Assembly: GCA_036170915.1 (NCBI GenBank)
Contig: JAVHQC010000035.1
Coordinates: 64,001 to 128,000, forward strand
Direction of reading: 5' to 3'
Length of the DNA stretch: 64,000 bases
From: Cyanobacteria bacterium auto_48_18
GTDB lineage: Bacteria > Cyanobacteriota > Vampirovibrionia > Obscuribacterales > Obscuribacteraceae
Below the pieces are notes generated by a model, which saw only the letters and a list, made by a program, of their open reading frames with translations, searched no databases and was not told the DNA's origin. This document shows, one piece after another, positions 1 through 9,795 of this stretch (the first letter of the stretch is position 1; each line of letters begins with the position of its first letter). Made by a program: the position numbers and the translations under genes.

Positions 1-1701
1 TCTTCAACCACGCACTTCTGGGTAGCAGCCGACATTGCCACCATATCTAATGGCGCCATATCAGTGCCTGTCTATCCCACATCTTCCGCCAGCGACATTG
101 AATTTATTATCAACAACAGTCAGGCGAAAGTACTTTTCGTGCAGAACGAAAACATCCTCAAACGCGCTCTGGCAGTTAGAAGTTCTCTGCCAACAGTGCA
201 GAAAATTGTGCTCTTTTATTTGCCAGCTGATGTTAAATCGGTAGACGAACTGGCAGACAAATATAATTTGCCTAACGGCTATTTAGTCGACATCGAGTCT
301 TTGCGTAAACTCGGTGCCAGCCTCGATACAGCTCACTTGAAAATTCTTGAAGATAGAATGAAAGGCACACCAAAAGATGGTATTGCCACCATCATTTATA
401 CCTCTGGAACAACCGGAGTGCCAAAGGGCGTGCCTCTTACTCACAGTAATATTATGGCTGTGATTGAAGACATGAAGCCAATTCTCTCGGTAGATGAAAG
501 AGCAGTTTATCTTTCCTATCTGCCGCTCTCACATATATTCGAACGCATTTGCGGCGAATTTTACTGGCTTACCCATGGCGGCGTTTGTGCCTTTGCCGAA
601 AGTATTGAGACCATGGGCCGCAACATGGCTGAGGTCGAACCGACTCTTATGCTAGTGGTGCCAAGAGTACTTGACCGCATTTATGCGAAAGTAAAAAGCG
701 GCATCGACGGTGCTTCTCCAAGACGCAGAGCCCTGATTGATTGGGCTATTGCTACCGGTGAAGAAATTGTCGAAAAACAGGCCGACGGCAAGAAGATTGG
801 TCCAATTTTGTGGGCCAAACAAAAAATTGCCGACAAAATGGTTTTGCAAAAATTGCGCGAAAAAATTGGCCCGGGCTTAAAGCTTATAGTCAGTGGTGGT
901 GCCCCTGCCACTAAAGAAGTACTGACATTTTTCAATGCCATCGGCATCAGTTGTCTTGAAGGTTACGGCCTCACCGAAACTTCTGCACCCACTAACGTCA
1001 ATCGCCTCGGTAAGGTGCGCATAGGCACCGTTGGCCCGGCGCTTGATTCAGTGCATCAAAAATTGGCTGACGACGGTGAAATTCTCGTTAAAGGTCCAAC
1101 CATTTTTAAAGGGTATTACAACAATCCTGAAGCCAATCTGGAAGCCTTTGACGGTGAGTGGTTCAGAACCGGAGACATCGGCACAATTGACGCTGACGGC
1201 TTCTTGAAAATAACTGACCGCAAAAAAGATTTGATTATCAATTCCGCCGGCAAAAATATTGCTCCACAAAAAGTTGAAGCGGTATTAAAGACGGTGCCAT
1301 TTGTTACGCAAGCAGTTGTCTTTGGTGACCAACAGAAGCACCTGGTGGCGCTAATAACTTTAGACGAGCAGGCCGCCTGTGATTTTGCCCGCGAGCGTAA
1401 CTGGGAATTTGATTCTTACTTTGATTTGAGCCGCTCCAGTGCTTTGCTCGGATTTCTCAAACGGGAACTGCAAAACCGCTCATCAGCTCTGGCAGAGTAT
1501 GAGCAAGTAAAGCGCTTTGCCATTCTTGCAAATGAACTTTCCGTAGAAGCCGGAGAACTGACTGCCACTCTTAAGATCAAACGCAATGTAGTCGGTCGCA
1601 ACTACAAATCGCTGATTGACCAGCTCTACAGCAGTCCAGATCCTGTTGCCTATGACCATGAAAGTCAGGGCCAACGTGAACTTGCGCACACGAGCAAATA
1701 A
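1..1701 (+). CDS. fadD: Long-chain-fatty-acid--CoA ligase (AMP-binding family), 5'-truncated by the window
   Basis: Frame is open from base 1; motifs IIYTSGTTGVPKG, EGYGLTE, WFRTGDIG, ITDRKKDLI, ELTATLKIKR. Confidence 0.92.
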   Translation, partial: SSTTHFWVAADIATISNGAISVPVYPTSSASDIEFIINNSQAKVLFVQNENILKRALAVRSSLPTVQKIVLFYLPADVKSVDELADKYNLPNGYLVDIESLRKLGASLDTAHLKILEDRMKGTPKDGIATIIYTSGTTGVPKGVPLTHSNIMAVIEDMKPILSVDERAVYLSYLPLSHIFERICGEFYWLTHGGVCAFAESIETMGRNMAEVEPTLMLVVPRVLDRIYAKVKSGIDGASPRRRALIDWAIATGEEIVEKQADGKKIGPILWAKQKIADKMVLQKLREKIGPGLKLIVSGGAPATKEVLTFFNAIGISCLEGYGLTETSAPTNVNRLGKVRIGTVGPALDSVHQKLADDGEILVKGPTIFKGYYNNPEANLEAFDGEWFRTGDIGTIDADGFLKITDRKKDLIINSAGKNIAPQKVEAVLKTVPFVTQAVVFGDQQKHLVALITLDEQAACDFARERNWEFDSYFDLSRSSALLGFLKRELQNRSSALAEYEQVKRFAILANELSVEAGELTATLKIKRNVVGRNYKSLIDQLYSSPDPVAYDHESQGQRELAHTSK

Positions 1702-1733
1702 TCTAGCTTAACCTTTAGCAGTATCGCTGATTC

Positions 1734-2882
1734 TTAAGACAGAGCTTTAGCTGATTCGCTTCTTTCGGTTTTATCGAGAGCAGCTACTTTAAGCACTCTT
1801 GAGCGTCCGGCTTCGAGCACAAAAAGCGCACCGTCGTGGCCGAAGGCGACACCTGTCGGATTAACGAGCCCGGTGAGGAAAGTCTCAGCCCGGCCTTCGC
1901 GATTAACGCGAATCACGGTTCCGGCTCGTCCAGCAGTGATGTAGAGCCTGTCGAGGCTGTCCATGGCCAGGTTGCCGTCGTATCCGTCAGCGAAATTGAA
2001 ACTTTCAGATTCGGCTACTTGTATGCGCGCGACTTCGCGGCCATCAAGTGAACGTTTGACCACACAACCGGAAGCGTGCTCTAAGCACCACAAGAATCCG
2101 TCTCTTTCAAGCAAAAGACCTTGAGTGCCGTGGCCGGGACCACCTAGAAGAACTTCGTATTCACCAGTTTTATCTATCTTAAAGACGCCACCAGTGTTAG
2201 ATGGAAAATTAGAGACGTAGACTTCTTCACGAGCACCAATGGCGATGTCGGAAAGGAAAGTGCCGCCGCCGGTAAGATTGCCGTCAAGCTGAGCCAGGAT
2301 GCGGCCCGACTTGTTGGGATCAATCTTGTAAACGGTACCTTGGATGGTGGCTACATAAAGCACACCTTTGCGATCGAAGCGGAGACCAGATATGGTGCTG
2401 TTGCCTCGAATGCGCGCATATTCACTCAATTGTCCGTTGCTGTCGATGAACCAGACAGAACCGTCGCAAGAGAAATAAATGCCACCAGGCCCGGCAGTCA
2501 TGCGGGAGAAGCGATTGGAATATTGCGAGTTGAGTTGAGAAAGAATCCGTACAGCGTATCCTCGGGGAGCATCGGGAAGGTCAATTACGGATAATGACGA
2601 ACCGCTCCCCTTAGACTCCTTTTCGGTGACTAGCACTCCTTCATCTTCTTCAGCCGTCTCCGCAGACGTGATGTCGATATGAAGTATCAAATGAAGCGGT
2701 ACGAGAATACGACGAATGTGAATCTGGCCATCGCTCTCATGCGAATAAGACTCAACATCTATGTGGTCATGGTCAACAGAAAGAACGCGTCCGGTGACGG
2801 TGTTATGGCAGCCCATACCGTACCAGATTTGAATTTTCTGCCGGCTATCGACGAACCCCTGTAGCCTGGTCCTAAAGCTCAT
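1734..2882 (-). CDS. Hypothetical: N-terminal Sm/Hfq-like domain plus C-terminal NHL/SMP-30-like beta-propeller
   Basis: Propeller blades GLRFDRKGVLYV, DIAIGAREEVYV, NLAMDSLDRLYI, NPTGVAFGHDGALFV; N-terminal 70 aa has an Sm-like pattern. Confidence 0.7.
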   Translation of the reverse strand: MSFRTRLQGFVDSRQKIQIWYGMGCHNTVTGRVLSVDHDHIDVESYSHESDGQIHIRRILVPLHLILHIDITSAETAEEDEGVLVTEKESKGSGSSLSVIDLPDAPRGYAVRILSQLNSQYSNRFSRMTAGPGGIYFSCDGSVWFIDSNGQLSEYARIRGNSTISGLRFDRKGVLYVATIQGTVYKIDPNKSGRILAQLDGNLTGGGTFLSDIAIGAREEVYVSNFPSNTGGVFKIDKTGEYEVLLGGPGHGTQGLLLERDGFLWCLEHASGCVVKRSLDGREVARIQVAESESFNFADGYDGNLAMDSLDRLYITAGRAGTVIRVNREGRAETFLTGLVNPTGVAFGHDGALFVLEAGRSRVLKVAALDKTERSESAKALS

Positions 2883-2985
2883 AGCAAATGCCCCTCACCA
2901 ATCACCAACAAATTCCCTAATCACTCGCCTAGCTTAAATGCTAGCTCAACTTCTATAAGTCGAGAGATCAATACTAACCCTACGC

Positions 2986-3396
2986 TTATTCTTCTACCCA
3001 TTCTTGGCGATCAACAATCAATGCGTGATTCCAAAACTGCTCAATTTTGTAAAAGCTGCGCTCTTTCTCTTGCAGAACATGCACGATCACCGAACCGTAA
3101 TCTAACAAAACCCATCTGGCCTCGCTCAGCCCTTCAATTGATTTGCGCTTGAAATTGTGGCTCCCAAGTACTTGATCAACTGCATTTGCTATAGCTTTTA
3201 CCTGTGCAGCGGATTCACCTCCAGCAAAAACAAAATACTCTGCCAGCACTGTTACCGACGCCACATCCAGCACCACAGTCGACTGGGCTAACTTACTTTC
3301 ACAGGCATTGGCTGCTAAGAAGGCAGCGGTCCTGGCATCGATGTTGCCGTCAACGGTTATTGGTCTCAAAGGAGGCCCACTCGAAGGATATGACAC
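2986..3396 (-). CDS. rsfS: Ribosome silencing factor RsfS (Iojap)
   Basis: QVKAIA, EG..EARWVLLDYGSVIVHV, RSFYKIEQFW; GTG start. Confidence 0.95.
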   Translation of the reverse strand: MSYPSSGPPLRPITVDGNIDARTAAFLAANACESKLAQSTVVLDVASVTVLAEYFVFAGGESAAQVKAIANAVDQVLGSHNFKRKSIEGLSEARWVLLDYGSVIVHVLQEKERSFYKIEQFWNHALIVDRQEWVEE

Positions 3397-3658
3397 TATC
3401 TTTGTTCCCTTTCCATCTTGGATTTCACCATTTTCTTTGTTAAAAAGCGATTGCTTTACCTACCAGTTAAATCCGCCTGGCAAGCCATCTCTTTCCAATT
3501 ATGACGGCAAATGCTTATCAAGAGCGACAATTTATGCCAAGTCTCTTGTGTCAGCCCAACAGGTGCTGTATCTTTGTCGCTCAAGTGGTTATTAGACCGC
3601 CGAGAATACACTTTATGTTGTACTTTTGATTTAGGACCGGATACTAGGAGGAATCTCT

Positions 3659-3940
3659 GTGAACAAAGCAGAACTGGCTGCCGAAATTGCTGCTCGTACT
3701 AACACAACCAAGAAGTCCGTCGAAGAAATGCTTGCCGCTTTCACCGATTGCGTGACCGAAGTGGTAGCTAAAGGTGATCGCGTCACCTTGGTAGGTTTCG
3801 GAACATTCTTGCGCCGCGACAGACAAGCTCGCGAAACAAACAATCCACAAAAACCAGGTGAGAAAATCAAGGTGCCTGCTAAAAAGGTTCCTGCTTTCCA
3901 ACCTGGCAAAGAATTCAAAGACACCGTCGACAAGAAATAG
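3659..3940 (+). CDS. hup: HU family DNA-binding protein
   Basis: MNKAEL, VTLVGFGTF, VPAFQPGKEFKD; AGGAGG SD before GTG. Confidence 0.95.
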   Translation: MNKAELAAEIAARTNTTKKSVEEMLAAFTDCVTEVVAKGDRVTLVGFGTFLRRDRQARETNNPQKPGEKIKVPAKKVPAFQPGKEFKDTVDKK

Positions 3941-3993
3941 TCTACGGCCTCTCTCTGAAGTGGTTTGGCCCGAAGGGCTTACAAAAAAGTATT

Positions 3994-4023
3994 AAGGGGA
4001 AGGTTAAACTTCCCCTTTTTCTT
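3994..4023 (+). terminator. Rho-independent terminator after hup
   Basis: Stem AAGGGGAAG / CTTCCCCTT with 6-nt loop, followed by a T-run. Confidence 0.8.
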
Positions 4024-4108
4024 TGCAACTAACGAGTCTTTCTCTGGTGGAAAACTACGCCAAAGAAAAAAGCTTGAGCGATATCGCTCAAGCTTTTAAA
4101 ACCGACTC

Positions 4109-5002
4109 TCACTCCCCTGAACTTTCAGGCTCCGGTGGCCCTTCCGGGCTTTTAGCAGGCACGACTAAATCGGTCCCGGTGGCTCCAATATATGTCGACA
4201 ACTGGGTGGAAAGTTCATTGATTCTGGCGTCATGAGGGCATTCCTGCAGGCCCTCTTTGAGCCAGTTGGCAGCCAGCGGTAATTGACCATGAGTGGCCAG
4301 CAAATTAACGATATGCAGGTAGCCTTCCACAAAATTAGCTTTGGCCCGAACGCAATGAGCGTAAGAGTCGCGGGCAAGGATGAAATCTCCGTCTGCCTCG
4401 GCGGCCTCACCGAGCTCATAAAAGACCATTGATTCAAGGGTGCTGGGCACTCCATTGTGCTGATTGCTGCGAGCCTGATCAATTAAACTGACTGATTCTG
4501 CAAGCTTGTCAGTAGCGGCACCATAGTTGCCACGCAATTTTTCGTTAACGCCCTGGTCGTAAAGCGCATAAGCACGGGTGAGTAAAGCGTAGTTGCGAGC
4601 TCGCGGTGCGATGCCCAAATCTACTGGCCCACCCACATCAGGAGGAGCAACGAATCTTGTCTGCCCTCGTTGAGTATGACTAACTCTTTGTGTATGGCTA
4701 ACTCGTCGAGCATGGGCTCTATGAGCGCTGCGTGTGGTGCCATGACGGCGGCCAGCAGCTCTGCTGCTACGCGCGCTTTTGCGCCCGCTTCTGGTGCTGC
4801 TACGCTGGGAAGATTTTACCCGGGCTTTGGAAGAACGGCCGCGAGATACTGCTTTTTTTGTGCTTCTGGAGTGGCTCTCAGTACGACGGGCGAAAGCTGC
4901 TTGCTCTAAGCCCGTCAGGTCAAACCAGATGCAGCCGGCCTGACTGATTAACAGCAGGCCGGCTACCGCAATTGCCCTTAAATTAAGAACTTTGTTGCTC
5001 AA
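4109..5002 (-). CDS. Putative exported TPR protein with Arg/Ser/His-rich basic N-terminal region
   Basis: Hydrophobic N-terminus; R/S-rich tract; TPR-like helices (FYELGEAAEADGDFILARDSY); start uncertain, overlaps pnp end. Confidence 0.65.
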   Translation of the reverse strand: MSNKVLNLRAIAVAGLLLISQAGCIWFDLTGLEQAAFARRTESHSRSTKKAVSRGRSSKARVKSSQRSSTRSGRKSARSSRAAGRRHGTTRSAHRAHARRVSHTQRVSHTQRGQTRFVAPPDVGGPVDLGIAPRARNYALLTRAYALYDQGVNEKLRGNYGAATDKLAESVSLIDQARSNQHNGVPSTLESMVFYELGEAAEADGDFILARDSYAHCVRAKANFVEGYLHIVNLLATHGQLPLAANWLKEGLQECPHDARINELSTQLSTYIGATGTDLVVPAKSPEGPPEPESSGE

Positions 5003-7136
5003 GCTGTTGTTTCTCTTCGTCGCTGACGCCTTTCATGGTCAAGTTGACGCGATTGCGCTCGTCGATTTCTTTGACTTTGACCACTACTTTTTGGCCAACA
5101 GCCACCACGTCTTCCACTTTCTCCACTCGTCTGTTTTCCAGTTGTGAAATGTGCACCAGGCCTTCTTTACCAGGCAACACTTCAACGAAACAGCCTACGG
5201 GAATAATGCGGGTGACACGACCGTTGTAAACAACTCCCACTTCGATGCGTTTGACGAGATTTTGAATCCAGTCACGGGCAGCTTTACCGCCTTCTTGATC
5301 GACTGAGCCGATGCGCACGGTACCATCATCTTCGATGTCGATGCTGGCGCCGGTTTCTTCAATGATACGGCGAATCATTTTGCCGCCTGGTCCGATTACC
5401 GTACCAATATCTTCTTGATTGATATGGATAGTGATGATGCGTGGAGCCCATGGAGACATCTCTTCACGAGAAGCAGGCAATACAGCTTCCATCTTTTCAA
5501 TGATATGAACACGGCCTTTTTTAGCCTGGTCCAGGGCGATGCGCATTACTTCTAATGAGATGCCTTCGATTTTGATATCCATTTGCAGAGCGGTAATGCC
5601 GTCTCTAGAACCGGTGACTTTGAAGTCCATGTCGCCAAGGAAATCTTCCAGACCTTGAATGTCGGTAAGTACTGCAAAGCGTTCGCCTTCCAGAATCAGA
5701 CCCATGGCAATGCCACCAATAGTGGCTTTAAGCGGCACACCAGCATCCATGAGCGAAAGCGATGATCCGCATGTAGAAGCCATAGATGTAGAACCGTTTG
5801 ATTCCAATACTTCTGAAACCACACGAATTACATATGGGAAATCATCTTGACTGGGCAGAGCAGGCATCAATGCACGTTCAGCTAGAGCACCGTGGCCAAT
5901 TTCGCGGCGGCCAGGGCCACGCATTGGTTTGACTTCGCCCACTGAAAATCCGGGGAAGTTGTAATGGTGCATATAGCGCTTTTCAGTTTGCGGATCGACT
6001 GAATCTAATCTTTGAGCATCGGATCCGATACCAAGAGTAGCCACGGAAAGCACCTGGGTAGTGCCTCTTGTAAATAATCCGGTACCGTGTGCGCGTGGCA
6101 ATATTCCACATTCAATCGTTATCGGTCTGACTTCATCACAACGACGACCGTCAGCCCGAATGCCTGTATCAAGCACTTTGGCGCGCATCAATTCTGCTTC
6201 GTAATTTTCCAAATATTCGGCAATTTTGCTGCCGGATACTTTCTTTAGTTCATGATCATCAGCCAATTCAGCGATGGCGTCGACGATTGCTTTGGTGGCT
6301 TCATCAATGAAGCCTTGACGCACTGATTTGTCAGTAACTGAATCCATAGAAGCTTTAAGTGCTTCTGTAGCTTTAGACTCAACAATTTCTTTCAATGAAT
6401 CAATGGCAGGTGGTGCGACAAATTCTTTAACGGTGCGGCCGAAGGCTTTGACGAAGTCACGCTGCGCTTCTACTTGTTTCTTGATGATCTGGTGCGCGTA
6501 ATCGATAGCGCTCAAGATGTCTCTTTCGGTGACGAAGTCGCAGCCTGCTTCAACCATCATGATTGATGATTCGGTGCCGGCGACAATTAAGTCCATATCT
6601 GACAGTTCTAACTGTTCATATGTAGGGTTACCCACAAATTTGCCGTCAACGCGGCCAACGCGCACTGCGCCAATTGGCCCGTTAAATGGCAGCCCAGCCA
6701 GTTCTAAAGCGAAACTGGCACCCAGCATTGCCAGAGTTTCTGGTGGGTTTTCCATATCGGCACTCATAGTGGTAGCCACTATTTGCACGTCATTGCGATA
6801 GCCTTCTTTAAAGAGCGGGCGCACGGGTCTGTCAATCAAACGACTGGTGAGAATGCACTTGTCAGGCGCTTTGCCTTCACGACGGGGGAATGATCCGGGA
6901 ATGCGGCCAACCGAATAGAGTTTCTCTTCGTAGTCAACTAAAAGTGGGAAGTAATCGATTCCGTCTCTAACTTTTTTGCTTTCTGTACAGGTGACTAAAA
7001 CCATAGTCTCGCCGCAATAAATTTCTACGGCACCACCAGCTTGTTTGGCCATGCGACCGGCTTTAACTGTAATCGTTTTTCCGTCAATGACTAGCTCGGC
7101 TTTGTGTTGAGTGCCGGAACGTTCTTCTACTTGCAA
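4983..7136 (-). CDS. pnp: Polyribonucleotide nucleotidyltransferase
   Basis: RLIDRPVRPLF, RREIGHGALAERA, SNGSTSMAS, DFLGDMDFKV, KH and S1 domains. Confidence 0.98.
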   Translation of the reverse strand: MQVEERSGTQHKAELVIDGKTITVKAGRMAKQAGGAVEIYCGETMVLVTCTESKKVRDGIDYFPLLVDYEEKLYSVGRIPGSFPRREGKAPDKCILTSRLIDRPVRPLFKEGYRNDVQIVATTMSADMENPPETLAMLGASFALELAGLPFNGPIGAVRVGRVDGKFVGNPTYEQLELSDMDLIVAGTESSIMMVEAGCDFVTERDILSAIDYAHQIIKKQVEAQRDFVKAFGRTVKEFVAPPAIDSLKEIVESKATEALKASMDSVTDKSVRQGFIDEATKAIVDAIAELADDHELKKVSGSKIAEYLENYEAELMRAKVLDTGIRADGRRCDEVRPITIECGILPRAHGTGLFTRGTTQVLSVATLGIGSDAQRLDSVDPQTEKRYMHHYNFPGFSVGEVKPMRGPGRREIGHGALAERALMPALPSQDDFPYVIRVVSEVLESNGSTSMASTCGSSLSLMDAGVPLKATIGGIAMGLILEGERFAVLTDIQGLEDFLGDMDFKVTGSRDGITALQMDIKIEGISLEVMRIALDQAKKGRVHIIEKMEAVLPASREEMSPWAPRIITIHINQEDIGTVIGPGGKMIRRIIEETGASIDIEDDGTVRIGSVDQEGGKAARDWIQNLVKRIEVGVVYNGRVTRIIPVGCFVEVLPGKEGLVHISQLENRRVEKVEDVVAVGQKVVVKVKEIDERNRVNLTMKGVSDEEKQQLEQQSS

Positions 7137-7245
7137 TTCTTCATCCTCTTCTTCTTTGTACTTCTTTTTATCTTAAATACCAGGGCGCCAATGGGAACAG
7201 GCCTTGTTGCAGCGCGCACAAAGCTAGCCAGTACTTGCCAAAAAC

Positions 7246-7272
7246 AAAAAAGGCGAGCCAAAGGCCCGCCTT
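7246..7272 (-). terminator. Rho-independent terminator between rpsO and pnp
   Basis: Minus strand AAGGCGGGCC-TTT-GGCTCGCC followed by a T-run. Confidence 0.75.
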
Positions 7273-7287
7273 CAAATAACAAGTTAA

Positions 7288-7557
7288 CTAGCGTCGTAGT
7301 CCGAGCTTTTCAATGAGCTTGCGATAGCGCTCATTGTCTTCCTTCATCAAATATTGAAGTAGACGGCGACGCTTACCAACCATCATCAGAAGCCCGCGTC
7401 GGCTGTGAAAATCTTTCGAGTGCGTTCTCAGGTGGTCAGTTAATTGATTGATTCTGTCTGTGAGCATAGCCACCTGCACTTCCGGCGAACCGGTGTCTTT
7501 TCCGTGCGTCTGGTGACCTTGAATCAGCTCTTGCTTGCGATCAGCTAAAAGTGGCAT
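7288..7557 (-). CDS. rpsO: 30S ribosomal protein S15
   Basis: [27 protein letters not shown]; rpsO-pnp synteny. Confidence 0.98.
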   Translation of the reverse strand: MPLLADRKQELIQGHQTHGKDTGSPEVQVAMLTDRINQLTDHLRTHSKDFHSRRGLLMMVGKRRRLLQYLMKEDNERYRKLIEKLGLRR

Positions 7558-7842
7558 TTACGTCTTTTTCCATTTAAGTTGAAGTTAGATATTAGCATAT
7601 ACAAAGCGTGCGGCTTACCACCTGCGGGTCTTAGCGTGCTTGAAATCTTCATAATCAGCACAGTTTTTTCTCATATTGGCCGAACTTTTGAGTCTGTTAT
7701 TGAAATAATCGCTACTTGACACGGGTGAGCGGCACTGGCTGAAATTGAATAATCAATGCAATAAACGTTACACCACCTTCTATATGTAGAAGATCAAATA
7801 CACTTGAGGTCGGCACCATCAAGCAACAGGAGCAAACAATTC

Positions 7843-8133
7843 ATGGCTGATGTAAAGGTCAGTGTTTACACCCCGGCAGGTAAACATGTGGGTTATTTCG
7901 TCAATCCGCAAGTGAAAGCTCACGCCGACGGCGACTATGAACTGAGCGGCGAATTCTTCGATGCCAACGGCGAAAAGCCAATACGTATCGATTTTAATCC
8001 CCAGGCCATGCCATATTCAGCTGATCTTGGCGAAGTGGTCGCCAACGACAGCAAAATTGCTCATCGCCAATTGCGCGCCGTTTACATTCAAAGCGGCAGA
8101 CAGCCAGTGAAAATGAGCGGCCAGGGCCAATAA
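7843..8133 (+). CDS. Hypothetical small beta-rich protein
   Basis: AGGAG SD at about 7828 before ATG 7843; fills the intergenic gap; family not recognised. Confidence 0.7.
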   Translation: MADVKVSVYTPAGKHVGYFVNPQVKAHADGDYELSGEFFDANGEKPIRIDFNPQAMPYSADLGEVVANDSKIAHRQLRAVYIQSGRQPVKMSGQGQ

Positions 8134-8447
8134 TTTTCCGCGTCCGCAAAATGGGCCAATAGCTAAACAAAAGAGCAGCGGTGGAGGGAAACCAGCTGCT
8201 CTTTAGTTTTATACCTTGTGAATACTTTGGCTTGAATCCTAACAATGCTTGGGCTGGGGGGCTTAGTGAGGGTCAGGGTCAAATCAATCAAATAGATCTT
8301 AAAGGCATTCACAAGGTTAGGTCAGGGATCGATTTACTAAAATTATCGAACTCCATAATGCTGTTATAGCAGTCGGCTGTATAGGGCACCCTATAGGTGG
8401 GACAATAAAAGCGTATAGGGTTTCTTATGTAAAAGTGGATTACCATC

Positions 8448-9770
8448 GTGGACGACCATTCAGCCCCTACCAATGTAAAAACCGCAGACGGTGGAGAACC
8501 TGCCGCCGAGCTGGCGCAGATTCATAGGGAGCGCCGGGTGCTCCTTATAGAGCCTGTGGATAAAGAGATGCAGCTGATTAAGAAGGCTATTGTCTCTCAA
8601 TCTCCCTTATATGATGTTGACACCGCCAGCACTGCCAAAGAAGCACTGGCACGCATTAAATCCATTCCTTATGATGTGCTCGTAGTAGATAACGACCTAC
8701 CTGACAGTAGCGGCGTCGAGCTGGTCACGACTCTGGTGGCCGAAGCACCCAACTCGCCCATTATCGTTATTACCAGCGTCGATTCGCCAGAGCTGGCCCT
8801 AAAATTGCTCACTGTCGGCGCCAGTGATTATTTGCCAAAAATAGGCGAATATCAAAAGTTCTTACCGCGCATGATTACCACCAATTTGCAGCGCGCCATC
8901 ATTATTGAAAATCTAAAAGAGATGTACGATCGGGTGGAAAAATCGTCAAGAGACGAGGCACTCTTCAATCGATTTGTGGTCAACATTCACGGATCACTTG
9001 ATCAGGCCGATATTCTTGAACGTGCCACGCAGAGCCTGCTGACTGAGTTTGAAGCTTCGCGCGCGCTCATTTGTTTGATTGGCGATCCTGATAATTCTAT
9101 GCGCATCGTCAGACAAATGACCAGTGACAGCCTGGCGCCTATTTCAGATAAAAGCAGTCTCTTTTCCAAATATCACGATCTACTTTTAGACGTGGGCGAG
9201 CGCCGACCTCTCATGGTGATGCAAGATGATACTTTTGCTTTTGCCAAAGACGTGCGTCTTGAACTTATCAACTATAAAATTTCATCAATGGTGATGGTGC
9301 CTCTGGTTTACAGAGGCAGACTGATGGGGCTTCTGCATCTTGATGCTCACGTTGGCACCAAGCATGATGCGCGCATGTGGACTGTGCGCGATATAACTTT
9401 GCTTTCACGCATCGCTAATCAGCTTTCTATTGCTCTCAGTCAGGCCAAGCTTTATCAAATTGTAGAAGCGCAAAGTACGTCAATCAGCAAATTGACTGAC
9501 TTGTGCAGCCAGCTGACACAAGTGGTGCACAGCACCAAAGAGCTCACAGAGCGCACGGAAAGTCGCGAGAAAGTACGCATTAAACTCAGTACCAGAGAAA
9601 TTGAAGTATTGAAGCAAGTGGCTCTCGGTCTATCAAATAAAGAAATTGCAGAAGAGTTGCACATAACCGAAGGCACTACAGAAGTACACGTATCGCGCTT
9701 GCGCAAAAAGCTCAATTTGAGCACGCGAGCTGCCTTAGTGCGTTATGCCTATGAAAACCACTTGAGTTAG
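8448..9770 (+). CDS. Response regulator, REC-GAF-LuxR HTH
   Basis: REC (DVLVVDNDLPD, GASDYLPK), GAF (VPLVYRGRLMGLLHL), LuxR (LSTREIEVL..GLSNKEIAEEL). Confidence 0.9.
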   Translation: MDDHSAPTNVKTADGGEPAAELAQIHRERRVLLIEPVDKEMQLIKKAIVSQSPLYDVDTASTAKEALARIKSIPYDVLVVDNDLPDSSGVELVTTLVAEAPNSPIIVITSVDSPELALKLLTVGASDYLPKIGEYQKFLPRMITTNLQRAIIIENLKEMYDRVEKSSRDEALFNRFVVNIHGSLDQADILERATQSLLTEFEASRALICLIGDPDNSMRIVRQMTSDSLAPISDKSSLFSKYHDLLLDVGERRPLMVMQDDTFAFAKDVRLELINYKISSMVMVPLVYRGRLMGLLHLDAHVGTKHDARMWTVRDITLLSRIANQLSIALSQAKLYQIVEAQSTSISKLTDLCSQLTQVVHSTKELTERTESREKVRIKLSTREIEVLKQVALGLSNKEIAEELHITEGTTEVHVSRLRKKLNLSTRAALVRYAYENHLS

Positions 9771-9795
9771 AAATTAACGTCAGAAAGTTAGTCAA

